Assembly (NCBI GenBank): GCA_013265495.1
Contig: MU061538.1
Coordinates: forward strand, 2,696,865-2,731,522
DNA: 34,658 bases
Direction of reading: 5' to 3'
Origin: Vicugna vicugna
Taxonomy: Eukaryota
Part shown: positions 22,691-34,139 of the stretch, in pieces
How positions within the stretch are numbered: the first letter of the stretch is position 1
Layout: the number at the start of each line of letters is the position of its first letter
Notes under the pieces: generated by a model
Databases searched by the model: none
Seen by the model: only the letters and a program-made list of their open reading frames with translations
What the model was told of the DNA's origin: nothing
Made by a program: the position numbers and the translations under genes

Positions 22691-23374
22691 TCTGAGCGCG
22701 TCTTCCGGGCCTCGTGCCGCTGACACATGCTTGCAGTTTCTAATTTTGAAGAGGAAATTCTCATGGAGACAGAAGGAGGCTGTTCAGTCCTCTGGTTCTT
22801 GAAACACAAACAAAAGCACTGCCGATAGTTAACCCCCTACATCAGCCCATAAACGTCCACATTTTTAAGGCCAAATGAAGGCAGCTCGCAGCAGCTGCTC
22901 TATAAATGCTTATTTTTCCTCCTCCTGCGGTCGGACACGGTCAGGCCCCCAGAGCAGCCCTGCGGGATCCGCGAGGGGGGGGGGAGGTCGGCCGCATGCG
23001 CCGAGGCATCACCGCCCGCCTCGCCAGCAGGTGTGGCCCAGGCCGCTGGGGACCGGGGCACCCTGCCAGGCTCCCGGCACCCTCCCTGCTCGGACAGCCG
23101 TGCTCAGCTTGAGCAAAGACGGTGCGCCCGGGGCTACAGCAGGCGCTGCAGCCCCAGTGGGTTCCAACCCCAACGCTGCCACTTCAGCACCCGTGGGGGC
23201 GAAAGCGGCCTCCTTACTGAGCTCTCCCAGCCTTGCGGCGGCCCAGATAACGCGGTCGCCTCACAGGCCGGCTGAGCGCGGACAGCACAGGCCCAGGGCT
23301 CGCCTGCCCGCACGCTGCCACTGTCCTGGGTGCGGGACGGGACTGGCCTGGACAGGGTGGGGCAGGCTGGTTAT

Positions 23375-23655
23375 GATCAATTCTGTTATTAATATTATTA
23401 TCAACTCATAGTATCATATATTATTATATAAATTATATGGATAAATATACCATTTATATTGTGTTTATAATATAATTGAATAATAAATATAATAATATAA
23501 TTACATTAATGAATGTATAATTTATATAATACAATGTATTAATAAATATATAATTATATAATGCAATACAGTAATATATGAATTATTATATAAAATGTAT
23601 TGCTTAATATTATATAAACTATATTGATATTAATAATTGTTACAAATTATAATGA
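23375..23655. repeat. AT-rich low-complexity tract (degenerate TA/TAA repeat)
   Basis: About 280 nt composed very largely of A/T with TATA/TAAT periodicity. Confidence 0.9.
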
Positions 23656-24738
23656 GCCTCTGGTTTCCTGCTATTGGCCGGGGTCTGTGGATGAAAATTC
23701 ACCCCCAGGTGCTAATAAACGGGGTGCTTCTCCAAGGCACTGAACTGGAGGCGACGCCCCCCCAAGAAGAGGGGTCTGCCAGTGAGCCCCAATTCTTCTT
23801 GAGAAGACCTGCTAATGACTTCAGTAGCCCCTTCTAAAGGCAGGGCCGGCCCCTGGAGCAGACTTCCCCAGGGAGGGTCCTGGGGTGGGAGGAGGCGTGG
23901 AGACGCAGGTCCAGGAAGAGGGTGTAAGGTCGAAGCCAGCTCTCTGCCGGGCTGCACCTGCTCAGGCCTAGCCCCTTGGACTGCAGAGCAGGGACCCCTG
24001 CCACTCCTACTTGGGGAAGCCTGCTCCACGCTCTCTATGGGAAGTCCCGGGCTGGGGGTCTCACCTGTACCCTGCAGCCCTGCTGGTCAGCTGTGTCACA
24101 GGGTTCGTCTGTCTGCTTCGCATTTTACCCACCACTCACCCTGCAGGTCTGCCTGTGCACCTGCCAACGGCAGAGGTGATGTCCTGCTGACCCCGGCATC
24201 CTTGCAACAGCATCTTACTTACGGCAAGTACTCAACACCTGCGTGGCAAGAGGAACCAGTGCAGCTCTCGCCAGCTCCCTGACTCAAAGGGCTGTGAAAA
24301 ACCCATAAAGCAGCCTTCAAACATTTCGCTCTACTCTGCTTCAGAATAAATGGCTGAAATGGTAATTCTGACCTTTCCTAATACACATGTCTTTCCAGCA
24401 CTTGCACTGAGAGAGGAAGGAAACTCTGCAGAGGCCTCTGAAGCGGTAAAGCCACAGAAGGTACCACTTCCACGAACGGGCGCAGTGACTGTCCCCAACA
24501 CAGCTGCTGTCACACATGTTGGACATCTTATGAGAAGTTTATCATTTCCTACAAACCGTATCTTTCATGACAGTCTCCTGGAGACAATCAGTAAACATGA
24601 TTCCATTTTTACCACGGCACTGACAACTCACAGCTGAGGATACGGAGCCCTGTTGAGACAAGGACATCCATGAATCAACAGTTCGCGGGTTTACCTGAAA
24701 ACTTCAGCCTCTTTTTACCTGACATCAAAAAAGTTGCA

Positions 24739-25174
24739 AAGGAAAAAAAGGAAGGGAGGGAGGAAGAAAGAAAGAAAGAAAGAAAGAAAAAGAAAGAACG
24801 AAAGAATGAAAGAGAAAGAAAAAGAAAGGAAGAAAGAGAGAAAGAAAGAAAGGAAGAAAAAGAAAAAAGAGGACACTAATGAACTCATCTACAAAACAAA
24901 CAGACTCAGACACAGTAAACAATCTTATGGTTACCGGGTGAAAGGGGATGGGAAGGGAAAATTTAGGAGTTTGAGATTTGAAAATGTTAACCACTGTATA
25001 TACAAATAGACAAAAAATAAACATCTGTACAGCACAGGGAACTATGTTCAGTATCTTGTAATAACCTTGAATGAAAAAGAATATGAAATGAATATATGTA
25101 TGTATATACATGGCTGAGACGTTGTGCTGTGCATCAGAAATCAACACGCTGTAACTGACTGTACTTCAGTTAAA
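24739..25174 (+). mobile_element. LINE-1 3' UTR with expanded (GAAA)n tract at its 5' side (24739-24870)
   Basis: GGACACTAATGAACTCATCTACAAAACA..CTGTAACTGACTGTACTTCAGTTAAAA; TSD AAAAAAGTTGCA (24727-24738) / AAAAAAGTTACA (25175-25186). Confidence 0.92.
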
Positions 25175-26759
25175 AAAAAAGTTACACACATAGAAACCAC
25201 AAGTCATCTCCTCCCCTGTGGCCTGGGTTTCACAGCAGGTTTCCAGATACTTCCACCAACTTCTCTTAGCCCCTCGGTTCTCCCATCCCCTGCTGCCTTA
25301 GAGGATGGCATCCACGAGGTAGCTCCCCTTGTACTGAATACCTGATCGAAACCACTAACACTCTCACCACCATCCCTAACATCCGCTGGACAATGACATT
25401 TTCCTAAAACCCTGGAACGATCTGGCAGAGACCAGGTAACCTGTGCTGCCCGTGGCATCGTAAGTTGCATTTGCGAACTTTAAAGCAGCTCCTTTCCTCT
25501 GAGTGACCTTAGGGCTCTGCAGTCCATGGTGAAATAATCAAGACAGAGGGTTCCAGAGGGTGACCGTGTCAACTGCCAGAGAGCAGAGGGAGACAGCGGA
25601 GCAGCGGGCAGAGGGCGTGCCTCCAGGAGCCGCCATCGCAGTCTCCAGCAGACCAGTCAGAGCATTTTTTTCTTTTTAAAGCTCCACTTGGCAATTTTTA
25701 GAAACATTGTCAGAAGTAGTTATTTGGTTGCACATCCAATTATGCCAGAGGATTCTGCAAAGGAGAAGGCCGAGGGTAACGAAAGGAGGGGATGGTGGCG
25801 CCCAGGTCTTTGGGAAGTGGAGGCTCTTTCATCTTCTAGGGGCCAGGAGTCAAAAGTGAGTTCTCATTTTCTTTGGGTTTGTTTCAGTGATGCTACCCTA
25901 TCCCTAACCTGCCGGCTCACCACTCAGAGTCCACGGTAATCGTAGAGGATGTTCAGCGAGGACGAAAAACAGCATTAGCAACCGGAGGCCTGGGAAGCAG
26001 AGTTTTCCGATTTAATTAAGACCTTCATTTCTTTAGGGCTTTTGATTAAAACCCGCAATGCTTTTTTAGAATAACCTTTTGGCACAGTGATTTATATGCC
26101 TATAACTGAACTATTGGTAGGTCTTCCCTTTAAATAAGGAAAACCTCTCTGGTTCATGAAGAGCATTGCATGGCTTACTGATTGCTTTCAAAAATTACTA
26201 CCAACTCCTTTCACTTCCAGCAGCTCACAGAGGAAGACGGTCTCATGACTGCCTTCAGTGTGCTACTTATGCCTCCTGTCTGAATTGCACCTGGCGGGGG
26301 AACTTGGTGGCACCGGAACACATGGGTGAGAACTGAGACACACTTTCTCTGTCTCTGGCTGTACTTACCGCACGGTTCCTCAAACCCCAAAAAGGCAACA
26401 CCCCCAAATACATGCCTAACAATGAGCACGTGATTCTGAGGGTCCCAAAGGAACCTCAGAGGCTGAGGGAGCCCGTCTACTGCAGGGGCTGCGCCATATG
26501 CAGCCATCTCCACCCTGGACCAGGACTTATTGGCTGCGGTGGCTCCCCCACGAATTGGCCGTCCTCCGGCTGACAACTGAAGGACAAGCCACTGAGAACA
26601 GAAAGAAACGACTTCGTCGTCAGCACCCTTTCTCCTGCTAACAGGCAGTCATTCCCCTGTTAGGCTCCTAGTCTACGAACACCTGTCACCATTGTCATAA
26701 AACACCCACTCTTCCTGTGTTGTTCTCGGTTTGGCAGCATTTGAATGGGACAGAATACA

Positions 26760-27015
26760 AATGGTAATTTATTTCTAGCAATGCTCCTGTGGAAGAGGAG
26801 CTGGGCATATTTATATGTATACAGACTAAACACCAAAACACTAATTAAGTCAATTTAGTTTTCTCTTTAATCAGACTTCCAGGTAATTAGCTGTCAGCCA
26901 AGATAAATTACAGTTTATTCCATTTGTCTATCATGCTTTGGTCAAATAAAGATTATGCTTTTAATGGCCAGATTTAGTTGCTCATTTTTCATGCAAATGA
27001 AAGGATTTGCAAATA
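26760..27015. promoter_or_regulatory. Candidate enhancer / conserved non-coding element (homeodomain, POU, TALE, GATA motifs)
   Basis: TAATTA at 26842 and 26884, TAATC/GATTA/TAATGG cores, CTGTCA at 26891, AGATAA at 26901, ATGCAAAT at 26991, ATTTGCAA at 27005; no repeat similarity seen. Confidence 0.45.
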
Positions 27016-28246
27016 TTATCACTGGAATCTTTTAATGTTCCGAAAACTAATTTCTGCCTAAAACTTCACTCTTTAAACAAACAGTTTTATCCAAGGCTAG
27101 AACTATCTTTCGGATCTTTTTCATTTAATACACAACCATGCAGATTTTGAAAACCCCAGATCAAGAGTTTACAGTCTCCGTGAATGTGTCCTCAACCCAA
27201 GTTAAGTCTGGAAGGATAATGTTAACCTCACAAAGTAAGGCTTCTGTTTGCTATAACTTGAACTGGAGCAATCATTCAAATCCACTGGGTTTGGTCAAAG
27301 GCAACAAATTGACCAAAGGTCATGCTGCAAGGGTTCCTGAGTGTATAAATGATGCGCATTGTGCCTTACGTGGCTTTGCTTGAGTGAAGGGTGCTTCTTG
27401 CTTTATCTCTTTTGTATCAGTCTCAAGAGAAGAGCTCCAGGGGAGGGGAAGGAATGGAAAACATTTTACTGCAGGTGAAAGTTCACTGACATGCCTGGAT
27501 TTTCAGTTACTGGAAACTCCAGAGTCAACACGGAACACGCCGCTGCTTTAATGTAGTCCCGAGATACGCGCTGTTTTGCATTTTAAAAAATGACCACGAG
27601 GCACAGTGGTGCATTCCAAGCCTTAACAGTGACTTTCTGTAAACCTGAGTGTGAACTCAATGCTGCAAGTGATGTGATTCATGACAAAGCACCTCAGCTC
27701 TAATGCCACTCGGGGTCCCGCGGGACACGGGGGGGTTCCAGTTAGAAATGAGTGAGCAGAACACACGCAGAGTGGCTTTGAGATGCTAGAAAAGTCCTTT
27801 GTTTGGTCTCCACCCAGCGTATGAAGGTGTCAAGTGGTCCTTCCTTCATCCTGGCCATCTGAGCCCCTATCTGGGGAGGAGGTAGGCTCTACATGCAAAT
27901 AATTCCACCCTTAGGAAACTCACAGCGGCTGTTAAGTAGGAAATGACTGGAATCCTGATTCTCAAGTGCAGCGCGCTTTCCAACGCGCAGGAAAGCCGGT
28001 GGGGGGGTGCCTTCAGCTGCGAAGGTCTGCCTGGCGGCAGACAGTGGAAAGGGGTCCTGCCTGCTCCTGGTCAGAGTACTTCTATCCCCATCAAAGAGTA
28101 CGACTGTTTCAGCTTAAAGAAGTTTCTCATGATGTTGAGAAGGTACTTTGCACACAAAGAAATGACGTACAGAGGGGCAGGGGGTAGGACTTATTATGGC
28201 GACCAGAGGACCAGAGCATCCTCCTCCTTCAGCAGTCAGAAACAGC

Positions 28247-28890
28247 ATGAAAATGGACTCACCACATGGCCAGCAAACCCGCTCCTGGGCACATATCCAG
28301 AGGGAACTCTAATTTGAAAAGATACATGCACCCCGATGTTCATAGCAGAACTACATACAATAGCCAAGACATGGAAGCAACCTAAATGTCCATCAACAGA
28401 CGACTGGATAAAGAAGTTGTGGTGTACTTATACAATGGAGTCCTACTCAGCCATAAAATACTACTGCAGCAACGTGGATGGACCTGGAGATCATCATTCT
28501 AAGTCAGCCAGAAAGAAAAAGAAAAATACCATATGACACCACTCATATGTAGATTCAAAAAAGAAAAGGAAAGGAAAATGAGGACACTAATGCACTCATT
28601 CTAAAAAACAGAAACAGACTTGCGGACATAGTGAACAATCATGGTTACTGGGGGCAAGCGGATGGGAAGGGATAAATTTGGGAGTTTGAGATTTGCAAAT
28701 GTTAGCTACTGTATATAAAAACAGATGAACAAATTTCTTCTGTACAGCACAGGGAACTATGTTCAATATCTTGTTATAACCTTTAATGAAAAAGAATATA
28801 CGTATGTACATGCATGGCTGGGACATGGTGCTGTGCACCAGAAATCGACACACTGTAACTGACTGTACTTCAATTAAAAAAAGAGAAGAA
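28247..28890 (+). mobile_element. LINE-1 3' end (ORF2 C-terminal remnant + 3' UTR)
   Basis: MFIAELHTIAKTWKQPKCPSTDDWIKKLW translation; tail CTTCAATTAAAAAAA; probable TSD AGAAACAGC (28238-28246) / AGAAACGGC (28891-28899). Confidence 0.95.
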
Positions 28891-29177
28891 AGAAACGGCG
28901 GGAAAGGAAGCCGGGGCAGGACACTCTGAACCCCCGACTGAGGGATCACGGATGAGCTTCTGTGCCTGCACACTGTGGAGTCCACACGGGACAGAAGCGA
29001 CAAGAAAGCACCTCCACGGGGAATGAGGAACAGCAAAGCCCGAGCAGGCTGGGGAAATGGCGACAGTTCCCAGGACGACGGGGAGCCTCCCCCAGGCGCC
29101 ACTGAAGTGGCGAAATCCGAAACGCACCATCCGCCCAGTGGCTCCCTACAGGATTTCTCCCGCACGTTTCTGGAGGG

Positions 29178-29335
29178 GCCAAGATGATTACTAAGCACTT
29201 GAACCACATTCTCTCCTTGAATCCCTACAAGAGCCCTTTGGGGTTATTACTCATCTTTTACAAAAGAGGAAAAAGTGATACAGAGGTGCCGATAATCAGG
29301 CAGAGGCATGCAGACACTCGGTCCCCAAGCTGGGT
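29178..29335 (-). mobile_element. MIR fragment
   Basis: CTAAGCACTT..CATTCTCTCCTTGAATCCCTACAAGAGCCCT..TTATTACTCATCTTTTACAAAAGAGGAAA..CAGAGGT is the antisense MIR core. Confidence 0.7.
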
Positions 29336-31495
29336 GTGACCGCAGATGATTCTCTCAAGACTCCTTGACCCGTATTCCACACAGTCTAGCCGGTAGCAGC
29401 GCTCCTCTCAAAACCTTTCACTCCCAGGAGATGAACCTGAGGCATTTACGAACTCCGTGTGTTGTTGAGACAAAGCACATCAAAGGTGGACGTCAGAAAA
29501 CTGACGCAGGGCCGTGGCTGGAGAAGCCTAGTTTGCACGGGAAGGCGCCTTCGTGTAACTGGCCTTAAGGAAGAAGGGCCGATGGGGCCACTGACAGAGC
29601 AGTGTCCCTCCCACCTGCCTGCCATCAGTCTCGTCTCCTCCCACATCATGATGCCTTTAAAGACGTTAGAAAAGTGAAACCGGGTGACTCATTTATCAAC
29701 CCTTCCCAGCGGGGTCAGGTCCGCCGGCACGGGAGACAACCTCACACGTACGTTGGTGTGACTCAGACTTGACACTGAGTGACAGAGCTGGCTGAGACTC
29801 GCATTGTCTCAAAAGCAACGCACGATCGGCTGTCAGTTTCAGGACCGTGGACGGAAGACGCCCCTGAAGATGCCTGTGCCGGGAGATTGGCTCGGAGCCC
29901 TCGGGGAATCTGCACGCGCTGTCTGTGCTGCAAGCACGCGGGTGGTGATGCCCTAACGGAGCCGGGACACGAGGCCTCGCGCTCAGGCAGTACTTCCTCT
30001 CGCCAGGGCATCCCACCTGTTTCACTGTAACAACTGACATTCCCTTCACCCTGATGCAAACATACCTTAAGTCACTTTCAGCAAAGCCCCGCCATCCAGT
30101 GTGTCTCAGCAGCAACGGGAGTTCTGAACACCCCAAGTAAAGCCCCTCCTGCGCTGCTGCTCAGCGCCCTCTGCCCCATTACCAGTGAATCACTGCTACC
30201 CTATTATCAGCACAGTGACCATGCCAGTGCCCAGCTTGCCTAAGCCTCCAGCAATGACCGGGTTGCCGTTTCTACACCAGTAACAACACTGAAGTCTACT
30301 GCCTTCAACTTTTAAGAAGTGGATGGTGGCTCTGCTGTCCTCTTGGTCTCACGTTTGGAAGGAAAGAAGCGAACTCACTCCTGTATGTCCCCTCCAGTTA
30401 AAGCGCTCAGCATGTGGCCCTCGACTGAAAGGAACAGAAGCCGTCGGGCATCCACATCAATTTCTCTAAGAAACATCGACAGATCTGTCAACTCCAGATC
30501 GACTGAGTTGCCTCCAGGAAAACAGTCCTTAAAGTGAGGAATCTTTCGGCTGTTCCTAAAGCCCTTCCTGTGTCTGTGGTGGGGGAATCCTCCAAGGGTC
30601 AGAGCCACCTCGGGGCAGACAAGGCCAAGTCTCAGGAGGACCTTCTGAAGCTGCTTTTGCAAACCAGCTGCTCTGCCCTGAGACAGGCAGGCTGGGAGAA
30701 TCCGCCGACATCATGCCCTCCCTCCTAGATCCTCTGGAAGCCTGAGGACCTCAGTGCTGCCTCTCCATCCGGCCCCACCCCAGCCCTGAAGCAACCCTGG
30801 GGCCCGCCCTCCTCCTCCTAATCACAGGCTCGCGCGGGTGTGGACTCAGGGGCCTCCCTCTCCACACCTTCTCTTGATACCATCCAGGTCCTTTGGATCT
30901 TCTGGGGTTGCCGACCAAGCTGCCTCTCAGGCTCTGCCGACCAGCCACCTGGTCCTGATGCCGGACCCAGGCCATTCGCCACATGAAGAACCTGCCTCCG
31001 CCCATCCCGGCTGTAATGTCTTTCTTCATCAGTTCTAAGGATGAACCAATTCTTAACTCTGTGTTTCTAGATGCTAACAAGAATGCAGAGGATTCAGGTT
31101 CTGGTACGACTCCAACCCCAAAGGACCCAAGGCACACCCCCAATGTAGGTGAGCAACCCCCACCCCCCATTTCCCACGCAACAACCTCTGCCCCCAGGGA
31201 CTCGAGTAAGTGCACCCCGTTGTCCTGAAATGTTTTCTGTAATTGGTTCTAAAGTCATTGCCTTTTTAATTCAAAACTGTTCTCATACATTTAGACTGTA
31301 GGAGAAGGCAACCGAGGAGCAGCCACGCCTGGAAGATGGAAATGAATGCAATTACGTGTCATCGAGGGGAAAAGGCAAACATACACGCTTCAAGACTAAA
31401 CATAAGGTAAAAGAAATGGAATAAGACGTAGGACTTTTTGCTACTTCAAAGGGACAACACTGCTTCCGGGAAAGAACAGAGAACTCACATCAGTC

Positions 31496-31526
<31 letters not shown>

Positions 31527-31531
31527 TTTTT
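31496..31531 (+). repeat. (CTTT)n microsatellite
   Basis: CTTTCTTTCTTTC... followed by a T run. Confidence 0.95.
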
Positions 31532-31880
31532 GGCAGAAGGCAAGAAGTGGACCCTGGCCCCGGGATGAATGGCCTCTTTCTAGTCTACCCGCCTCTGGCT
31601 TTTCCCATCAGATCTTTGAAAGAGAGTGTCAGCAAGGCACTTTCAATTATGGGTTTCATTTCTAAAACCTAAAGAAATGGAAGCTCACAATGGTTCATTC
31701 TCCTGCATCCTAGATCACTCCCTCCCCTGTCTGGACCGCAGCCACCCACAAGGTCTCTGGACAGAGCCAGAGACCATCATCTGAACTGATGGGGGCGTCC
31801 GGCCTCCAACCAAAGCTAGGTAAAGACTCTAGAACACCTTCACTGTGTTAGCCCATCATTTAAAACCTCTATATGACAAA

Positions 31881-32652
31881 TATGCAGATGACTACATATA
31901 GAAAACCCTGCAGACTCCACATAAAAACTATGAGACCTGATAAATTCGGCAAGGTAGCTGGATACAAGACAAACAGACAGAAATCTGTTGCATTTCGTTA
32001 CACTAATACTGAAATATCAGAAGAGGAAAGTAAAAAAGCATCTTTTAAAATCACATCAAAAAAAAAAAAAAACTCAGGAATAAACCCGATCAAGGAGGGG
32101 AAAGACTTACCTGCAGAGAACTATAAAACACTGATTAAGGAAATTAAAGGTGATTCAAAGAAATGGAAAGATATCCCATGTTCCTGGATTGGAAGAATTA
32201 ATACTGTTAAAATGGCCACACCACCCAGAGCAATCTACAGATTCAGTGTGATCCCTATCAAATTACCCGGGACATTTCTCACAGAACTAGAACAAATAAA
32301 CCCAAAATTTAGATGGAATCACAAAAGACTCAGAATTGCCAAAGCATTACTGAAGAAAAAGAATGAAGCTGGAGGAATAACCCTCCCAGACTTCAGACAA
32401 CACTACAGAGCTACAGTCATCAAAACAGTGAGGTATTGGCACAAAAACAGACATGATTCAATGGAACAGAATAGAGAGCCTTACAGTCAATTAATCTTCA
32501 ACAGAGGAGGCAAGAATATACAGTGGAGAAAAGACAGTCTCTTCAGCGTGTGGTGTTGGGAAAGCTGGACAGGTGCGTGTAAATCAATGAGGTCGGAACA
32601 CTCCCTCACACCAGACACAAAAACAAACTCAAAATGGCTTAAAGACTTGAAT
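31881..32652 (+). mobile_element. Internal LINE-1 ORF2 fragment (RT YADD motif to KWLKDLNV), no 3' UTR or poly(A)
   Basis: TATGCAGATGAC encodes YADD at 31881; ORF 31873..32718 contains [72 protein letters not shown], all L1 ORF2 motifs. Confidence 0.95.
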
Positions 32653-32974
32653 GTATTTCATAAACATGTTTTTTGTGTGTCTTCTAAATACCAAAAGGAA
32701 GATGGAGTAATTTACTAGCATTGGATTGAATGATATTTTAGTGTCATTTATTATGAGTAATAACATTGCTTAAAACATGAGTGTCTAGGCTGACAGCCAT
32801 AGATTAGTTCATCAGAGAATGAGACCTGCATGTTCATGTAAGAAGACGTTGAGAGGAGTCCGAACATCAGAAGGAGAGGAAGCCTTAAGGGAAGTGTTCT
32901 TCAAAAAGTTATCCACGTGCCCTCAGCTACGCAGAGCAGAACCACCTCTGCAGGGGAGGTTTCGGGACCACGTC

Positions 32975-33105
32975 TGCCACCCCGAGCAAGAAACGTGAAC
33001 TGCTTAAGCACCACTATTCTCCACGGTGAAGTGCGTGTGATCACAGTGATGAAGACGGTCGTGGGATTCACTGAGATAATGCAGGTAGAACACTTTGTGA
33101 ACTAG
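32975..33105 (+). mobile_element. MIR/MIR3-like fragment
   Basis: GTCGTGGGATTCACTGAGATAATGCAGGTAGAACACTTTGTGAACT resembles the MIR core 3' half. Confidence 0.5.
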
Positions 33106-33614
33106 CCGGTGTCTGCTATGTGATACACCAGGACAATCAAAGGAAATATTTTTTAAACACAGTTTTAAACAAAGAGATTCCACGATCAGCAGTTTGGATC
33201 TCCAATGTTTAAAATACCAGAAAATAAACTGCATTAAAGTCAGAGGGACAAATTTTTCATCACAGCCAGGAGACCTGGAGGAAGGTTGAGAGAACTGAGG
33301 ACATCTCTGCAAGCTGGCTCTGTGACAGCACGTCAGGAGCCAGAGAAGGAGAGAACTGAAGTGGCCAAGCAGGCATCTGCAGGTGGAGCTGGCTGGGAAG
33401 TGTTGGGGGTTCCTGATTCATTTCCTTGTTCAACTGCTCACTGCAATCGTTCACAGTATACAAATAACGTTATTGATTACGGAGTATCAGTGCTGTCTCA
33501 TCAAGGCTTTAAGGCTTTCCTTTTGCAACTCTCTATCTAAAACCAATGAATTAAAATCTATAGTACGTCCTTTTAAAAATGCCAGACCTAGCATGGGATC
33601 TCTGCATATCAATC

Positions 33615-33742
33615 TTTTTTTTATTGGGTTATAGTCATTTTACAATGTTGTGTCAGATTCCAGTGTAGAGCACTACACATTTTGAATTCCCAGTCTGTCC
33701 CTTCCCACCCCCCACCCCTTGGCAGCCACAAGGTTGTGTTCT
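33615..33742 (-). mobile_element. LINE-1 3' tail, internally deleted
   Basis: Aligns to the 19561-19804 copy (TTTATTG..ATTTTACAATGTTGTGTCA..TCCCAGTCT.TCCCTTCCCACCC..CCACAAG) but lacks ~120 nt. Confidence 0.85.
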
Positions 33743-34139
33743 AAATTAACTCTGACGTGGTGCTTCCCAACCACAGTCAACCACATTGAGTCGCTGACCA
33801 CATCGGAGCCGGGCAGTTGGACCAGGTGCATCCCAAGGAACTAAAGCACCCCTCCTTTGTACAAGATCGGCTGCTTCCACTGTCACTCACCAGATGCAAA
33901 GGTCCTAATCTACTGCGGTGAAAAATACACCCAAAGAAAGGTGTGTCAAAGCAACCATTCATTGGACGGGGACTGAGTTTTCAATGATCTATTCGTATTA
34001 ATTGCTTGACAAACTTGCTGAACTCAAACGGACTGTTATGCAGAACATGCCCACTGACGGCAAGAAGCTTCTTGGGAACTTGGGAAGTGAGGCTTTTCTA
34101 GCCTGTGGGAGCTCTGTGAGAAGCCACTCAGTAAACATG

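Noticed and set aside
24670..25009. Lys/Glu/Arg-rich ORFs resembling a charged coiled-coil or NLS protein
   Set aside because: They are translations of the (GAAA)n microsatellite plus L1 3' UTR.
31881..33742. Twin-primed (5'-inverted) L1 made of the plus ORF2 piece and the minus tail at 33.6 kb
   Set aside because: They are separated by ~960 nt of non-L1 sequence including a MIR-like fragment, and no shared TSD is visible.
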